DNA of 64,000 nt from Macrostomum lignano (GCA_002269645.1 NIVC01001600.1:197859-261858), one strand, 5' to 3'. Counted from the first letter of the stretch, positions 40,401 through 53,629 are shown. Numbers and translations: made by a program. The notes: generated from the sequence alone by a model not told the origin.

Positions 40401-43400
40401 CCATGTCTAACATTAAAGAGCCACCATGGCAAACATATACATGACTCTATGTCGAACATTCAAGAGCTACCATGTCAAACATATACATGACTCCATGTCA
40501 AACATTAAAGAGACACTATGTCAAACATTAAAGAGCCACCAGGTCAAACATGAAAGTGCCACCATGTAACACATTAAAGAGCCACCATGTCGAACATTTA
40601 AGAACCACCATGTCAAACATATACGTGACTCCATGTAAAACATTAAAGAGCTACCATATCAGACATATACATGACTCCATGTCAAACATATACGTGACTC
40701 CATGTTAGACATTAAAGAGCCACCATGTCGAACATTAAAGAGCCAACATGTTAAAAATACAAGAGCCACCATGTCAAACATATACATGACTCCATGTCAA
40801 ACATTGAAGAGACACCATGTCGAACATAAAAGAGCCACCATGTCAAACATTAAAGAGCCACCATGTCAAACATAAAAGAGCCACCTTTTTGAACATTAAA
40901 GAGCCACCATTTCGAACATTAAAGAGCCACCATGTCAAACATAATAGAGCCCCCATGTCAAACATAGAAGAGCCCCCATTTCAAACATAGAAGAGCCCCC
41001 ATGTCAAACATAGAAGAGCCCCCATGTCAAACATTAAAGAGCCACCATGTCCAACATATACATGACTCCATGTTGAACATTCAAGAGCTACCATATCAAA
41101 CATATACATGACGCCATGTCGAACATAAAAGAGCCACCATGTCGAACATTAAAAAGCCACCATGTCAAACATTAAAGAGCCACCATTTCAAACCTAAAAG
41201 AGCCACCATGTCGAACATTGAAGAGCCACCATGTCGAACATTAAAGGGCCACCATGTCAAATATTAAAGGGCCACCATGTCAAATATTAAGGAGCCACCA
41301 TGTCAAACATTAAAGAGCCACCAGGTCAAACATGAAAGTGCCACCATGTCTAACATTCAAGAGCTACCATGTCAAACATATACATGACTCCATGTCAAAC
41401 ATTAAAGAGACACTATGTCAAACATTAAAGAGCCACCAGGTCAAACATGAAAGTGCCACCATGTAACACATTAAAGAGCCACCATGTCGAACATTTAAGA
41501 ACCACCATGTCAAACATATACGTGACTCCATGTAAAACATTAAAGAGCTACCATATCAGACATATACATGACTCCATGTCAAACATATACGTGACTCCAT
41601 GTTAGACATTAAAGAGCCACCATGTCGAACATTAAAGAGCCAACATGTTAAAAATACAAGAGCCACCATGTCAAACATATACATGACTCCATGTCAAACA
41701 TTGAAGAGACACCATGTCGAACATAAAAGAGCCACCATGTCAAACATTAAAGAGCCACCATGTCAAACATAAAAGAGCCACCTTTTTGAACATTAAAGAG
41801 CCACCATTTCGAACATTAAAGAGCCACCATGTCAAACATAATAGAGCCCCCATGTCAAACATAGAAGAGCCCCATGTCAAACATAGAAGAGCCCCCATGT
41901 CAAACATAGAAGAGCCACTATGTCAGACATTGAAAAGCCACCGTATCAAACATAAAAGATACACAATTTCAAACGTAAAAGTAAGCGAATTTAAAGGAGC
42001 CGCTATAATGCTAAGGAAATTGTCGCACTAGCTACTTATTGTCTGGTGGATGCTTGCTATTTGGGGATGCTATCTATCTCGGGGATGCTTGCTATCTGGG
42101 GGATGCTTGCTATCTTGGGGATGCTTGCAATCTGGGGGATGCTTGCTATCTGGGGGATGCTTGCTATCTGGGGGATGCTTGCTATCTGGGGGATGCTTGC
42201 TATCTTGGGGGATGCTTGCTATCTGGGGGATGCTTGCAATCTGGGGGATGCTTGCTATCTTGGGGATGCTTGCAATCTGGGGTGATGCTTGCTATCTGGG
42301 GGATGCTTGCTATCTGGGGGATGCTTGCTATCTGGGGATGCTTGCTATCTGGGGGATGCTTGCTATCTGGGGGATGCTTGCTATCTGGTGGATGCTTGCT
42401 ATCTGGGGGATGCTTGCTATCTGGGGGATGCTTGCCATCTTGGGGATGCTTGCTATCTGGTGGATGCTTGCAGTCTTGGGATGATTTCTTTTTGCAATGC
42501 ACTTCATTTGAGCAGTTTGTCTGTTGTCTTTTTGAAGGATTTTTGGCTGTCTTTTTGTTACTTGTAGAAAACAGAGATTCTATCCAGATGTCCCCCATCG
42601 GGGGGCGAAGATTGCTAGTCTAACCCTATCTGTCTTATATCTAACCCTATCTGTCTGATATCTAACCCTATCTGTCTGATATCTAACCCTTTCTGTCTGA
42701 TATCTAAGCATGATATCTAACTCTATCTGTCTGATATCTAACCCTATCTGTCTGATATCTAACCCTATCTGTCTGATATCTAACCCTATCTGTCTGATAT
42801 CTAACCCTATCTGTCTGATATCTAACCCTTTCTGTCTGATATCTAACCCTGATATCTAACCCTATCTGTCTGATATCTAACCCTATCTGTCTGATATCTA
42901 AACCTATCTGTCTGATATCTAACCCTATCTGTCTGATATCTAACCCTATCTGTCTGATATCTAACCCTATCTGTCTTATATCTAACCCTATCTGTCTGAT
43001 ATCTAACCCTATCTGTCTGATATCTAACCCTATCTGTCTGATATCTAACCCTATCTGTCTGATATCTAACCCTATCTGTCTGATATCTAACCCTTTCTGT
43101 CTGATATCTAACCCTGATATCTAACCCTATCTGTCTGATATCTAACCCTATCCCTTTGACATCCGCTTTAATGACAGTCCTTTAAATGACGTCAGCACAT
43201 CTCATCCATCTATCCCCATCGCCTGCACTCACCCGCATCCCTCAATATATCCAGAAATTTATGAAACCTCCTAAAAGAAGTCTCAATGCTCTCCAACAGT
43301 TCCTCATCCTGCAGGAGGCTGGCTCCGCCGCCCCTGCCAGCCTCCCGGATCCGCTGCTCAAGCTGACGTTTCAACGCCGAATTCTCCGCCCGAAGTCGGC

Positions 43401-46400
43401 GAGCCTCTTCGTCGGCACGCTGTCGACAGGCCGACTCGCGACGGAGCCGTCGGCGCTGATTAGCCAGCTCGATTTTCAGCGCCTTGATGGCGCTAGGCGC
43501 CGGCGGCGCCTCCTCCATCTCCTTGACCAGCGGGGACACCACCGTGGCGTCCTCCTCGTCGCCTGACTGCTCATCGTCGATGTCTACAAAATTGTCGTCC
43601 TCATCGACAATCTGCTGGCGAGGTCGGAGAGGCTCGTCCAAATCGGCTGCAGTTCTGGGCGTGGCCATGGGGCTGGTCTTCTCCTCCAGATGGCTCTTGC
43701 CCGGCGTGTGGTTGCTGGGGTAGCCTGGGATGGGAAAGTTGATGATGAAGAACTCACGATTCTCAGATTTTCAGGGCACGGATACTGTATGGAGGCACAT
43801 AGTCGATCGTACGGCCCACGTAGCTACAATTGAAATCGTGTGAAACCCATGTGAAATCGAATTAAAATAAGCAACCGGAAGTAGGAAATAAACTAAGCAA
43901 CCGGAGGTAGAAACTAAACTAAGCAACCGGAAGTAGGAACAAATTTAAGCAACCGAAAGTAGAACTAAGCTAAGCAACCGGAAGTAGGAACCAATCTAAG
44001 CAATCGGAAGTAGGAACCAATCTAAGCAACCGGAATTAAGAACCAATCTAAGCAATCGGAAGTAGGAACCAATCTTAACAATCGGAAGTAGGAACCAATC
44101 TAAGCAATCGGAAGTAGGAACCAATCTAAGCAATCGGAAGTAGGAACAAAACTAAGCAACCAAAAGTAGGAACCAATCTAAGCAATCGGAAGTAGGATCG
44201 AAGCAGCCGGAAGTAGGAACAAAACTAAGCAACCGGAAGTAGGAACCAATCTAAGCAATAGGACGTAGGAACCAATCTAAGCAACCGGAAGTAGGAACTA
44301 AACTAAGCAACCGGAAGTAGGAACCAATACAAGCAATCGGACGTAGGAACCAATCTAAGCAACCGGAAGTAGGAACAAAACTAAGCAACCGGAAGTAGGA
44401 ACCAATCTAAGCAACCGGAGGAAGAAACTAAACTAAGCAACCGGAAGTAGGAAAAAATTCAAGCAACCGGAAGTAGAACTAAACTAAGTAGCCGGAAGTA
44501 GGAAATAAACTAAGCAATCAGAAGTAGGAACCAATCTAAGCAACCGGAAGTAGGAACTAAACTAAGCAACCGGAAGTAGGAACCAATCTAAGCAACCGGA
44601 AGTAGGAACCAATCTAAGCGACAGGAGGTAGGAACCGGCTTCCTAATTAACGCGCGAAGAACAGGAAAAATGAGAACCAGCAGACGAGAACCAGAAGTAA
44701 AAGAGCGCTCACCCTTGTAGCGCGAGGCACGCTGCGCCGTGCGCCACGGAATACCGACACGCCTGCCGCTAGAGGCGCCGCCGCCTCTGTGCCCGTCAGC
44801 GGTAGGCCAAAAGGCCTCCGAGCCGCCATAGTAGCCTTCGCCTCCGCGCGGCTCAGCGCTGCGACTTCGCAGTCTGCTGACGCCCGCCGGACGGAAAGCT
44901 GGCCGGCCGGGCCGGACAGAGCGACTCGTCTGCGGCATTTGATGTCGCCGCCGCCTGCCTTGAAGATCAAAAGACGCCGCCGATGCGCCATTCTGAGCCG
45001 ACGATTCCACAGGCTCCAATTTCTGCCATTTGAATTCGGAGTCTTTTCCGTCGCCGTTAACAATTACCTGAGCGCGGCAGGTGTTGGGGAACAATTACGT
45101 GTCATCACAGGTGCTAATTGGAGGTTGTAAAAAAGTAATTAATTACGAGCTAATAATTAAAAGGTTGTAAAGATAACAGGAACAAAGTTTGAGAGTCAAT
45201 TAAAATACTTAATTTCACAAACCTTATCCAATTTATAGACACAAACTTGAACACTTAATAAACCAACCTAAACAGATTGATAACCACAAACTTCAAACCG
45301 ATTGATAAACACAGACTTCAAACCGATTGATAAACAGAAACTTCAAACCAATTGATAAACACAAGCTTCAAACCGATTGATAAACACAAACTTCAAACAG
45401 ATTGATAAACACAGACTTCAAACCGATTGATAAACAGAAACTTCAAACCAATTGATAAACACAAGCTTCGAACAGATTGATAAACACAAACTTCGAACAG
45501 ATTGATAGACACAAGCTTCAAACCGATTGATAAACACAAACTTCAAACAGATTGATAAACACAAGCTTCGAACAGATTGATAAACACAAACTTCGAACAG
45601 ATTGATAGACACAAGCTTCAAACCGATTGATAAACACAAGCTTCAAACCGATTGATAAACACAAACTTCAAACCGATTGATAAACACAAGCTTCAAACCG
45701 ATTGATAAACACAAGCTTCAAACCGATTGATAAACACAAGCTTCAAACAGATTGATAAACACAAAATTCGAACAGATTGATAGACACAAGCTTCAAACCG
45801 ACTGATAAACACAAGCTTCAAACAGATTGATCAACACAAACTTCAAACAGATTGATAAACACAAACTTCGAACAGATTGATAAACACAAACTTCGAACAG
45901 ATTGATAGACACAAGCTTCAAACCGATTGATAAACACAAACTTCAAACCGATTGATAAACACAAGCTTCAAACCGATTGATAAACACAAGCTTCAAACCG
46001 ATTGATAAACAAAAGCTTCAAACAGATTGATAAACACAAGCTTCAAACAGATTGATAAACACAAACTTCGAACAGATTGATAAACACAAATTCAAACCAA
46101 TTGAGAAACACAAACTAAACCGATTGATAAACACAAACACAGAGAACGATAAACTTCAGGCAGCTAATAAACAAATCAAGTGTTTCGGCTTCACCCTCAC
46201 CTGCTCAGTGAGAGCATGCAGCAGATCCTTATCAATAAGGTGATTCCGTCGCAAGTCCAGCACCACCAGAGTCGTATTCAATTTGAGCACAGCCAGCAGA
46301 CTCTTGGCTCCCGCATTTCCAATGCCGCAGCCCTGCAAGTCGATCGCTTTGACCCACAGGTCGTCTTTAAGTGCGTCGGCCAACACCTGAGCGCCCTGGT

Positions 46401-47493
46401 CGTCAATTAACGGATTATTGTTCAACGCGATTCGTCTCAGGCCGTGCATGCTGTCGAAATTCGGTCGTCGGTAGCGAAGGCTGTCGCGCCAGGCCTCGTT
46501 GTGCCGACTGGTGGCCTGCGGTTGAGAAGTGCAAAGTGGGCGTGTTAGCTGTACATGTGCATAAAAAATGATTATTACAGGCAGCTATAATGCGCAGATG
46601 TGCAACCGACAGCTCAGCCGCAGCCATTGCGCGGCGCATCTGAAGGCTGCGTACGGCACCAACAACCCCCAATTACCCCAGCTAATGCTGGCACCCATTT
46701 TACAGCTGGGTGAATTGAAGCGAAGCAAGAGTTAGGTGTCTTGCTCGAGGACACAAATTGTTCCGAGTGGTTCAAGAATCGAGCCTCCGACCTTCCAGTT
46801 GTGAGTCCGACGCTCTAACCTCTAGGCTCCATTCCTCAAATGAAATGTCAGCAATTCATTACGATAAACACGACAAAGACAACAAAAAACTACCTGAAAG
46901 CCAATAAGTCTGCCCAGTTCGTCCACAGCGCGCCAGGTAAGACCATTGCCGGACAGATTCAAGAAAGCCACATTGCCCGCGTGACGCAACGCCCTGCACA
47001 GGTGTTCAACACCAATATCGCCGATCTTAGCTGACTCCAAGGACAGACTTTTTAGCGTGGAATTTGCGGCAATGCCGCGACCCAGAGCTGCCGCGTCGCG
47101 TTCTCGAAGTCGGATGCCTTCGAGTTCCAGACAGCCGAGAGCCTGCGTGCCCGACAGACAGTCGCGCAGGCTTAAGCAGAGTCGGTAGCTGATCTCCTTG
47201 CTGCAGACTGCCGGTTGCTTTCGCGATGCTCTCTGCTGCTGCTGCTGCTGCTGATGGTGATATTGACTACGAAAAGCAACGAATTCAAGGCTGCGATTGA
47301 GTCGCAGAGCCGACAGAACTGGCGCCCAATCGGCGTGGCGGATTCTGTCGGCGTTGATGTCGATGACGCCTTCGGCTAGGTGAGCTTTCACGGAGGGTAG
47401 CGGGGCGCTGCTCTGCAGAGCGCAGAGGTTGTCATAGTAACCAGAGAAATCTACAGCAGCCTGCTGGCGTCGGACTACAGACTGGATTACCAT
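34446..47493 (-). CDS. CEP78: Centrosomal protein CEP78, 6 exons, about 882 aa
   Basis: Exons 47493-46894, 46515-46201, 45067-44713, 43724-43233, 36734-36315, 34912-34446 with consistent phases. Motifs DFSGYYDNLCALQ, INADRIRHADWAPVL, LRYRRPNFDSMHGLRRIALNNN, LKDDLWVKAIDLQGC, LESIETSFRRFHKFLDILRDAGLG. Confidence 0.93.
34945..36302. repeat. 21-23 bp minisatellite CCCAGTCCCAACCCAGAGACA(CA) in CEP78 intron 5
   Basis: Tandem array; explains the GWDWVSL-type ORFs. Confidence 0.97.
36772..37293. repeat. 21 bp minisatellite ATCTAACCCTATCTGTCTGAT, left part
   Basis: Continues at 42619-43150 after the Helitron insertion. Confidence 0.95.
37880..41960. repeat. 23 bp satellite AAACATTAAAGAGCCACCATGTC, about 4 kb, inside the Helitron
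   Basis: Tandem array with variant monomers. Confidence 0.97.
42040..42480. repeat. 18 bp minisatellite GGGGGATGCTTGCTATCT inside the Helitron
   Basis: Tandem array. Confidence 0.95.
42619..43150. repeat. 21 bp minisatellite, right part
   Basis: Same unit and orientation as 36772-37293. Confidence 0.95.
43868..44635. repeat. 26 bp minisatellite AAGCAACCGGAAGTAGGAACCAATCT in CEP78 intron 3
   Basis: Tandem array. Confidence 0.95.
45250..46140. repeat. About 25 bp minisatellite AAACCGATTGATAAACACAAGCTTC in CEP78 intron 2
   Basis: Tandem array. Confidence 0.95.
46590..46830 (-). mobile_element. tRNA-derived SINE with CORE-like central domain, in CEP78 intron 1
   Basis: Minus strand: A-box-like GCCTAGAGGTTAGAGCG, B-box-like GGCTCGATTC, CORE-like TGTGTCCTCGAGCAAGACACCTAACTC, then CACCCAGCTGTAAAATGGGTGCC. 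Second partial copy at 34155-34275. Confidence 0.8.
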
Positions 47494-48617
47494 TGGGAAC
47501 TGGGGCTGTTGGGGATGTACAGGAATGGGCACAACAATTTTGGATGCAAATCATATTGAAAATAAAAAAGTTTGTTTTGCTAAATGAATATGCTTAGGTT
47601 ATTTGTTACATTTTGATATTTACCTAATAGATTTTTTAAAGTTTAAATTAGATAAAGGTATAAATATTAAGATTAGGCTCTCAAAAAAAAGAAAAAAAAT
47701 TGAGTCAGTCCAAAATATGCTCATCAACTTTATAATATACTTTTTCAACTTGATTCTGTTAATATTGCTTCAATATTTTCTTATTCCTAAATAATTTCAG
47801 ATAATTTTAATGTATATCTTTGAATTAAAATGCATATTAAAATTTCTGCATATAATGATATAATACCATGGTATTACAGTAAATAGAACATTTCTACTAC
47901 TATGGCTTATGCGTCATAGCCAAAAAATATTTTTTAATAGTTTATCAGATCAGAGCACTTAATTATATACATTATGAGAATTTGTTGTTTAGACAATAAA
48001 TCTATATTTATTATGCGCTTCTTTACAACTGAAGACACTACTAGATTTGGATTAGCAAACAAAATACTTCAGACTGTAATTTATTTTGTATGAAAATACA
48101 TTTTCGCTATACAGAGATTTCTCTAAAAAGTGTCTATTCAAACTTAGCTAAATAGCTAATTACAAGCAATCGTAAAAAGGCACAATTCTTTACTCTACAA
48201 ACATACTTTTTATTTAATATGACGAACACAGCACTTAAAACCAGCCTAGAACTGCATACTAAAATATACTTTGACTGGTAAAAAATTATCATAAATAATA
48301 TAGGAATTCGCAAGAGGATTGAAAATGAATACTGATACAATTCTTAGACAAAACTAATATATTTACTATACTTCTTTAATTTACGAGCTATAAATAAAAT
48401 GTTTAAACTGGCATAACTAACAAAAACAAAAGTTAAAAAACTGTTAAAAAGTTTGAATTTGTTTTTCTCAGTCAAAGCTAGCGATATTTTTTAACGTTTA
48501 TTTAGAAATTACATTTTTCCAAGACACAACTTCCCTCTTATAGGATTTTTTCTGCCAGTGAATCGTCTAAATTATTATATAATATTTCTAATTATTCTAC
48601 TTAAAGGGGTTTTTGAA

Positions 48618-49632
48618 ATGTCTGACCAGAAGCCAATTTTGCCTCCAAAACCAGGTGAGTTTTCAATATTTTGCGTTAAGTTCATTGCAATTTAATCGAA
48701 GCAAACAATGAACAAAATATCATTTACGAATTCCAATAAACTGAGTCAGAGTCGTGCATATTTAAAAAAAAGTATTTCGTACGATTCTGTCGGGTGTGTA
48801 ATATTTAAAAATTGTTATTAGGTGAGAAATATTTTTAGTTAAGTGCCCTTATTCTAATGTTTAACATATTATATTTCAACATTTTCCATTTGTGTTATCG
48901 GCTGATCTATTTATATCTAAAGGCAGCGTAAAATTCCATTTTAATTTTAGGCCAAGTTCGTGTCATCAAAGCCCTATACAATTATGCTGCTCAAGCTGTA
49001 TGTATTTCTAATACTTTCAACATTTCATTATTATAAAATGATAGCTTAATGTCATAGTGATAATAAAACAATTAATTAAAAAAATGTTACCTTGATTTTG
49101 TGGCCCATTTCAGAAAGATGAACTGTCATTTGATGCAGGAGATATTTTGTACCTAGTAGATAGCACTAACAAGGACTGGTACACAGCTAGGTGTGGCTCC
49201 TCTGTAGGCCTCATTCCTAGCAACTATGGTAAGTTTTGACATTTCTTTAATTGCAATTTTGAGTAAAGAATATAGATCTCAGCATCAAGTATGTACTTTT
49301 GCCATTGGAAGATGCATCATAGTATGCCAGTGAATGGAATGGAAATACAAGAATAGGATAAAAGTAACTAAAAGTAGAGTAAAAGTAAAGTTTAAAAAAT
49401 AAAAATTAAAAGTAATTTTGTAACTGTAGGGTAGTCAATAAGTGGCTAATAAATATTGTAAAAAAAATTCATGATCTTCAGTTGAAGAGCAGACAGAGGC
49501 AGTGCCGCAGCCGATGCACTCTGCTTGCCAATATGGAAACCTGACTTTCCTTGCCGAACTAATCGATAACAAGGTAATAATTATAAATTAATTGTATTTT
49601 ACTTTGTAAAATTGTCTTTTATCTATCGCATG

Positions 49633-49685
<53 letters not shown>

Positions 49686-50818
49686 TAGGTGTCTGTCAAC
49701 GGACTGGACGCTGCTGGCAACACGGCGCTGCACTGGGCTAGCAGGGGCGGTCACGCCGAATGCGTCAGGCTGCTGCTGATGGCTAAATGCGATGCCAACG
49801 CTCAGGTGAGAAGGTGTGGGAACACTGAGGAGGGTGTGGGAACACTGAGGAGGGTGTGGGAACACTGAGGAGGGTGTGGGAACACTGAGGAGGGTGTGGG
49901 AACACTGAGGAGGGTGTGGGAACACTGAGGAGGGTGTGGGAACACTGAGGAGGGTGTGGGAACACTGAGGAGGGTGTGGGAACACTGAGGAGGGTGTGGG
50001 AACACTGAGGAGGGTGTGGGAACACTGAGGAGGGTGTGGGAACACTGAGGAGGGTGTGGGAACACTGAGGAGGGTGTGGGAACACGGAAGAGGGTGTGGG
50101 GACACTGAAGAGGGAGTGGGAGCACTGAGGAGGGTGTAGGGACACTGAGGAGGGTGTGGGGACACTGAGGAGGGTGTGGAGACACTGAAGAGGGTGTGGG
50201 GACACTGAGGGGGGTGTGGAGACACTGAGGAGGGTGTGGAGACACTGAGGAGGGTGTGGGGACACTGAGGGGGGTGTGGAGACACTGAGGAGGGTGTGGA
50301 GACACTGAAGAGGGTGTGGGGACACTGAGGGGGGTGTGGGACACCGAGGAGGGTATGGAGACACTGAAGAGGGTGTGGGGACACTGAGGGGGGGTGTGGA
50401 GACACTGAGGAGGGTATGGAGACACTGAAGAGGGTGTGGGGACACTGAGGGGGGTGTGGGACACTGAGGAGGGTGTGAGAACACTGAGCGTGTGTCGATA
50501 TTAGAAATTTACTTACAAATGCCAACAAAACACCGCTGTCAGAACAAATCTGGGGACACAGCCCTGCACCTGGCCGCCTGGAAGAGTCACTCCGCCGTAG
50601 TCGAACTCCTGCTGTTCGGCGACGGAGCCCAGGTCCGCACTGGCGTAGCCAATGCCAGCTTGTCGGTGAAGAATCGGCAGGGTGAGACGCCTTTAGCCAT
50701 GGCCAAAGACGCCGAGGTTAAAGCGGCACTGCTGAGGGCGGCCAGGCTGCTGGGGAGAACTACCTCAGCCACCGAGGTGACCTATAGCGACTCAGACGAT
50801 GGAGGCGACTCAGATTAA
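48618..50818 (+). CDS. OSTF1: Osteoclast-stimulating factor 1 (SH3 plus ankyrin repeats), 6 exons
   Basis: Exons 48618-48654, 48951-48997, 49114-49228, 49482-49573, 49689-49805, 50543-50818. PPKPGQVRVIKALYNY, DELSFDAGDILY, GLIPSNYVEEQ, VNGLDAAGNTALHWA, NKSGDTALHLAAWK, acidic C-terminus DSD*. Confidence 0.95.
49633..49685. repeat. (ATCA)n microsatellite in OSTF1 intron 4
   Basis: Read directly from the sequence. Confidence 0.95.
49808..50487. repeat. 20 bp minisatellite GAGGAGGGTGTGGGAACACT in OSTF1 intron 5
   Basis: Tandem array starting a few nt after the donor site. Confidence 0.97.
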
Positions 50819-51171
50819 GGATCTATCATTCTCAAGGAAAGTGACTATAGTTTTGCTAATCTATATTAACAAAAATCACGAGATGTTGCTTCTTCAACAT
50901 ACTACTGTTCAGTAGGAATGCGAGAATTTTTTTAATAACGAAAACTTCTCTCTGTCAATACTTTTTATTAATCGAATCTGTTGTTTATTTAACTCTTGTA
51001 TTTATTCATGAATTGTGTCTTAATGCGCAATGAGATTATAGATATAATTAATTTTTGACGGGATATCGCCATTTCACTGCCAGAAATTCGAGTGCAAGGG
51101 ACATTTTATCTTCGGACGATAAATAGAGTTAGGCTATGGTTAACAGTTAAGTTGTGATAGTGAAAAAGGTG

Positions 51172-51918
51172 ACAGTCCAATGTCACTGACAGTCCAATGT
51201 CACTGGCAGTCAAATGTCACTGGCAGTCAAATGTCACTGGCAGTCCAATGTCACTGGCAGTCAAATGTCACTGGCAGTCCAATGTCACTGGCAGTCCAAT
51301 GTCACTGGCAGTCCAATGTCACTGGCAGTCAAATGTCACTGAATGTCAGACTTCACTGACGTCAAATGTCACTGAATGTCAGACTTCACTGACGTCAAAT
51401 GTCACTGACGGTCAAATTTCACTAACTTTCGAATGTCACTGACTGTCAGACTTCACTGACGTCAAATGTCACTGATAGCAAAATGTCACTGACGGTCAAA
51501 TGTCACTGACAGTCCAATGTCACTGAATGTCAGACTTCACTGACAGCCAAATATCACTGACGGTCAAATGTCACTGACAGCCAAATATCACTGACGGTCA
51601 AATGTCACTGACAGTCCAATGTCACTGAATGTCAGACTTCACTGACAGCCAAATGTCACTGACTGTCAAATGTCACTGACTGTCAAGTGTCACTGACGGT
51701 CAAATGTCACTGACTGCCAAATGTCACTGACGGTCAAATGTCACTGACAGCCAAATGTCACTGACGGTCAAATGTCACTGACAGTCCAATGTCACTGAAT
51801 GTCAGACTTCACTGACAGCCAAATATCACTGACGGTCAAATGTCACTGACGGTCAAATGTCACTGACCGTCAGACTTCACTGACTGTCAAGTGCCACTGT
51901 CAGTCAAATGTCACTGCT
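51172..51918. repeat. 17 bp minisatellite, about AATGTCACTGACAGTCA
   Basis: Intergenic tandem array. Confidence 0.95.
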
Positions 51919-52469
51919 AATTTAACTGTGTACGCTTTAAATCATCTCTAAATGTTTATTTCAGTATGAATGCCTGCCAATAATAATTAATTTTTGTCAC
52001 TGTTCCCAGGAAACTGTGTCCTAGAACACAGTGTCACAGGTGAACACTAGTGTCCTAATGTTCACCTTAGAATCGTAATCTTTGAGCGCGAAGAAAAAAA
52101 ACTATCTTTCAAAAAATTATTCAATAAGCAGTGTACAAATGATCCTACTTACAATAGTAGTCTCGGTGGATCGTTAAGCTGTTGAGTATTTATTTGAGAA
52201 ATTGCCTTGATACTTGATTTTATAACCCGATGTATGGTAGGTCATTTTTAAGCAAATTTTCTTTTTTATCCTCATTGTCACTGCCATTAGATATTTTTTA
52301 AGGCAAATTTGCACTATTCGTAATAGAAAAAATAATTCGTTATGCAGAATAAACTGTGCTTCCTTCTCTCGAGCTGTGAATTGTGCTTTAGTTAAAAATT
52401 TTTTATTCAGAAGCCGTGTGAAAAGTTTTGAATAAAATTTTCATCTGGTGCTGTCTTAGTTCTACTCTA

Positions 52470-52695
52470 TATTCTACTTCCACTTCTACTCTATCTTCTT
52501 CTCTCACTTATACTCTCCCTTCTACTCTCCCTTCTACTCTCACTTCTACTCTCACTTCTACTCTCACATCTACTCTCACTTCTACTCTCACTTCTAATCT
52601 CACTCCAACTCTCACTTCTACTCTCACCTCTACTCTCACATCTACTCTTACTCCAACTCTCACTCCAACTCTCAATTCTACTCTAAATTCTACTC
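52470..52695. repeat. 12 bp minisatellite CTCTCACTTCTA
   Basis: Tandem array. Confidence 0.9.
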
Positions 52696-53629
52696 TCCTT
52701 CTGAAAATTAGATTTTTGAAAACTTCTGAAAACTTCTGAAGATTTCTGAAAACTCTTTCTTTTACTCTTACTTCTAGTCTCCCTTCTACAATATTTTGTA
52801 TTACTCATTTTTCTGCTAATTTTCTCAGCCCACTGCCGATGCCTCACTCACAGTTTTTCATTTCCACCTAGAGACAACTCCGTCGTTTAGCGAGGCACAT
52901 CGCTGCAAACTAATTAATAAATCAGATAGCTAAGCCCAGGCTAGGGCTATGGAATAAAACATAGCAGGGCATAAAAAGCTAATTTAATTAACGAAGAACA
53001 CACAGTTTTGGACAGGTAAAGTGAGTGGATGCGTGACCTCAATGCTTCCGTTCTATGAATTTGTTATAATGAGAAAGTTGGCTTAAGGAAGTCCATGTCC
53101 AACGCGTTCCAGTGCGTCTTTTGATTTGACGGAATTCTCATGAACTTGTAATTTTTTTAAAGCGAGGGCTTTTACTGGTAAAACAGCTCGTAAGAGTCAG
53201 CTCATCAGCGAACTTCAGTGAGGTATTAAAATCGTAATAATTAACGCGCAATATCAAAATAATTTCTAGAAAGCAAGGATTCTATGAGCTACTCGGGTTG
53301 TAATTGGGAATATTTCTTTATACAATCATATTATTTGGAAAAACTTCAGCAATATGGTTAACAATATTGCCATAAAGGTGCCATTGCTGTAAGGGATGGA
53401 ACCACTACGTTACAAAATCTAAGCTACACGAGCAGAATATCGTACTACATATGTAGATAATACAGGGAATTCGAATCGGCTGACCACATGTTTTTATCAA
53501 TTTTTTCGATGCGATTAGATGACGTGATATAACTTTTTGTGTCCGCGTCACACTCCGCTAGGAAAAGAAATTTTAGTCTTGTGGACACATTCATTCTTGG
53601 TGGGCGACGCAACTCAGCGACCAGCAAGG

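Larger units (their letters stand above)
37294..42618 (+). mobile_element. Non-autonomous Helitron, 5,325 bp, in CEP78 intron 4
   Basis: 5' end TCCTATATAC; 3' GC hairpin GTCCCCC-ATC-GGGGGGC (42590-42606) 8 nt before terminal CTAG (42615-42618). Inserted between A and T of the host unit GATA^TCTAACCC, without a TSD. Confidence 0.88.
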
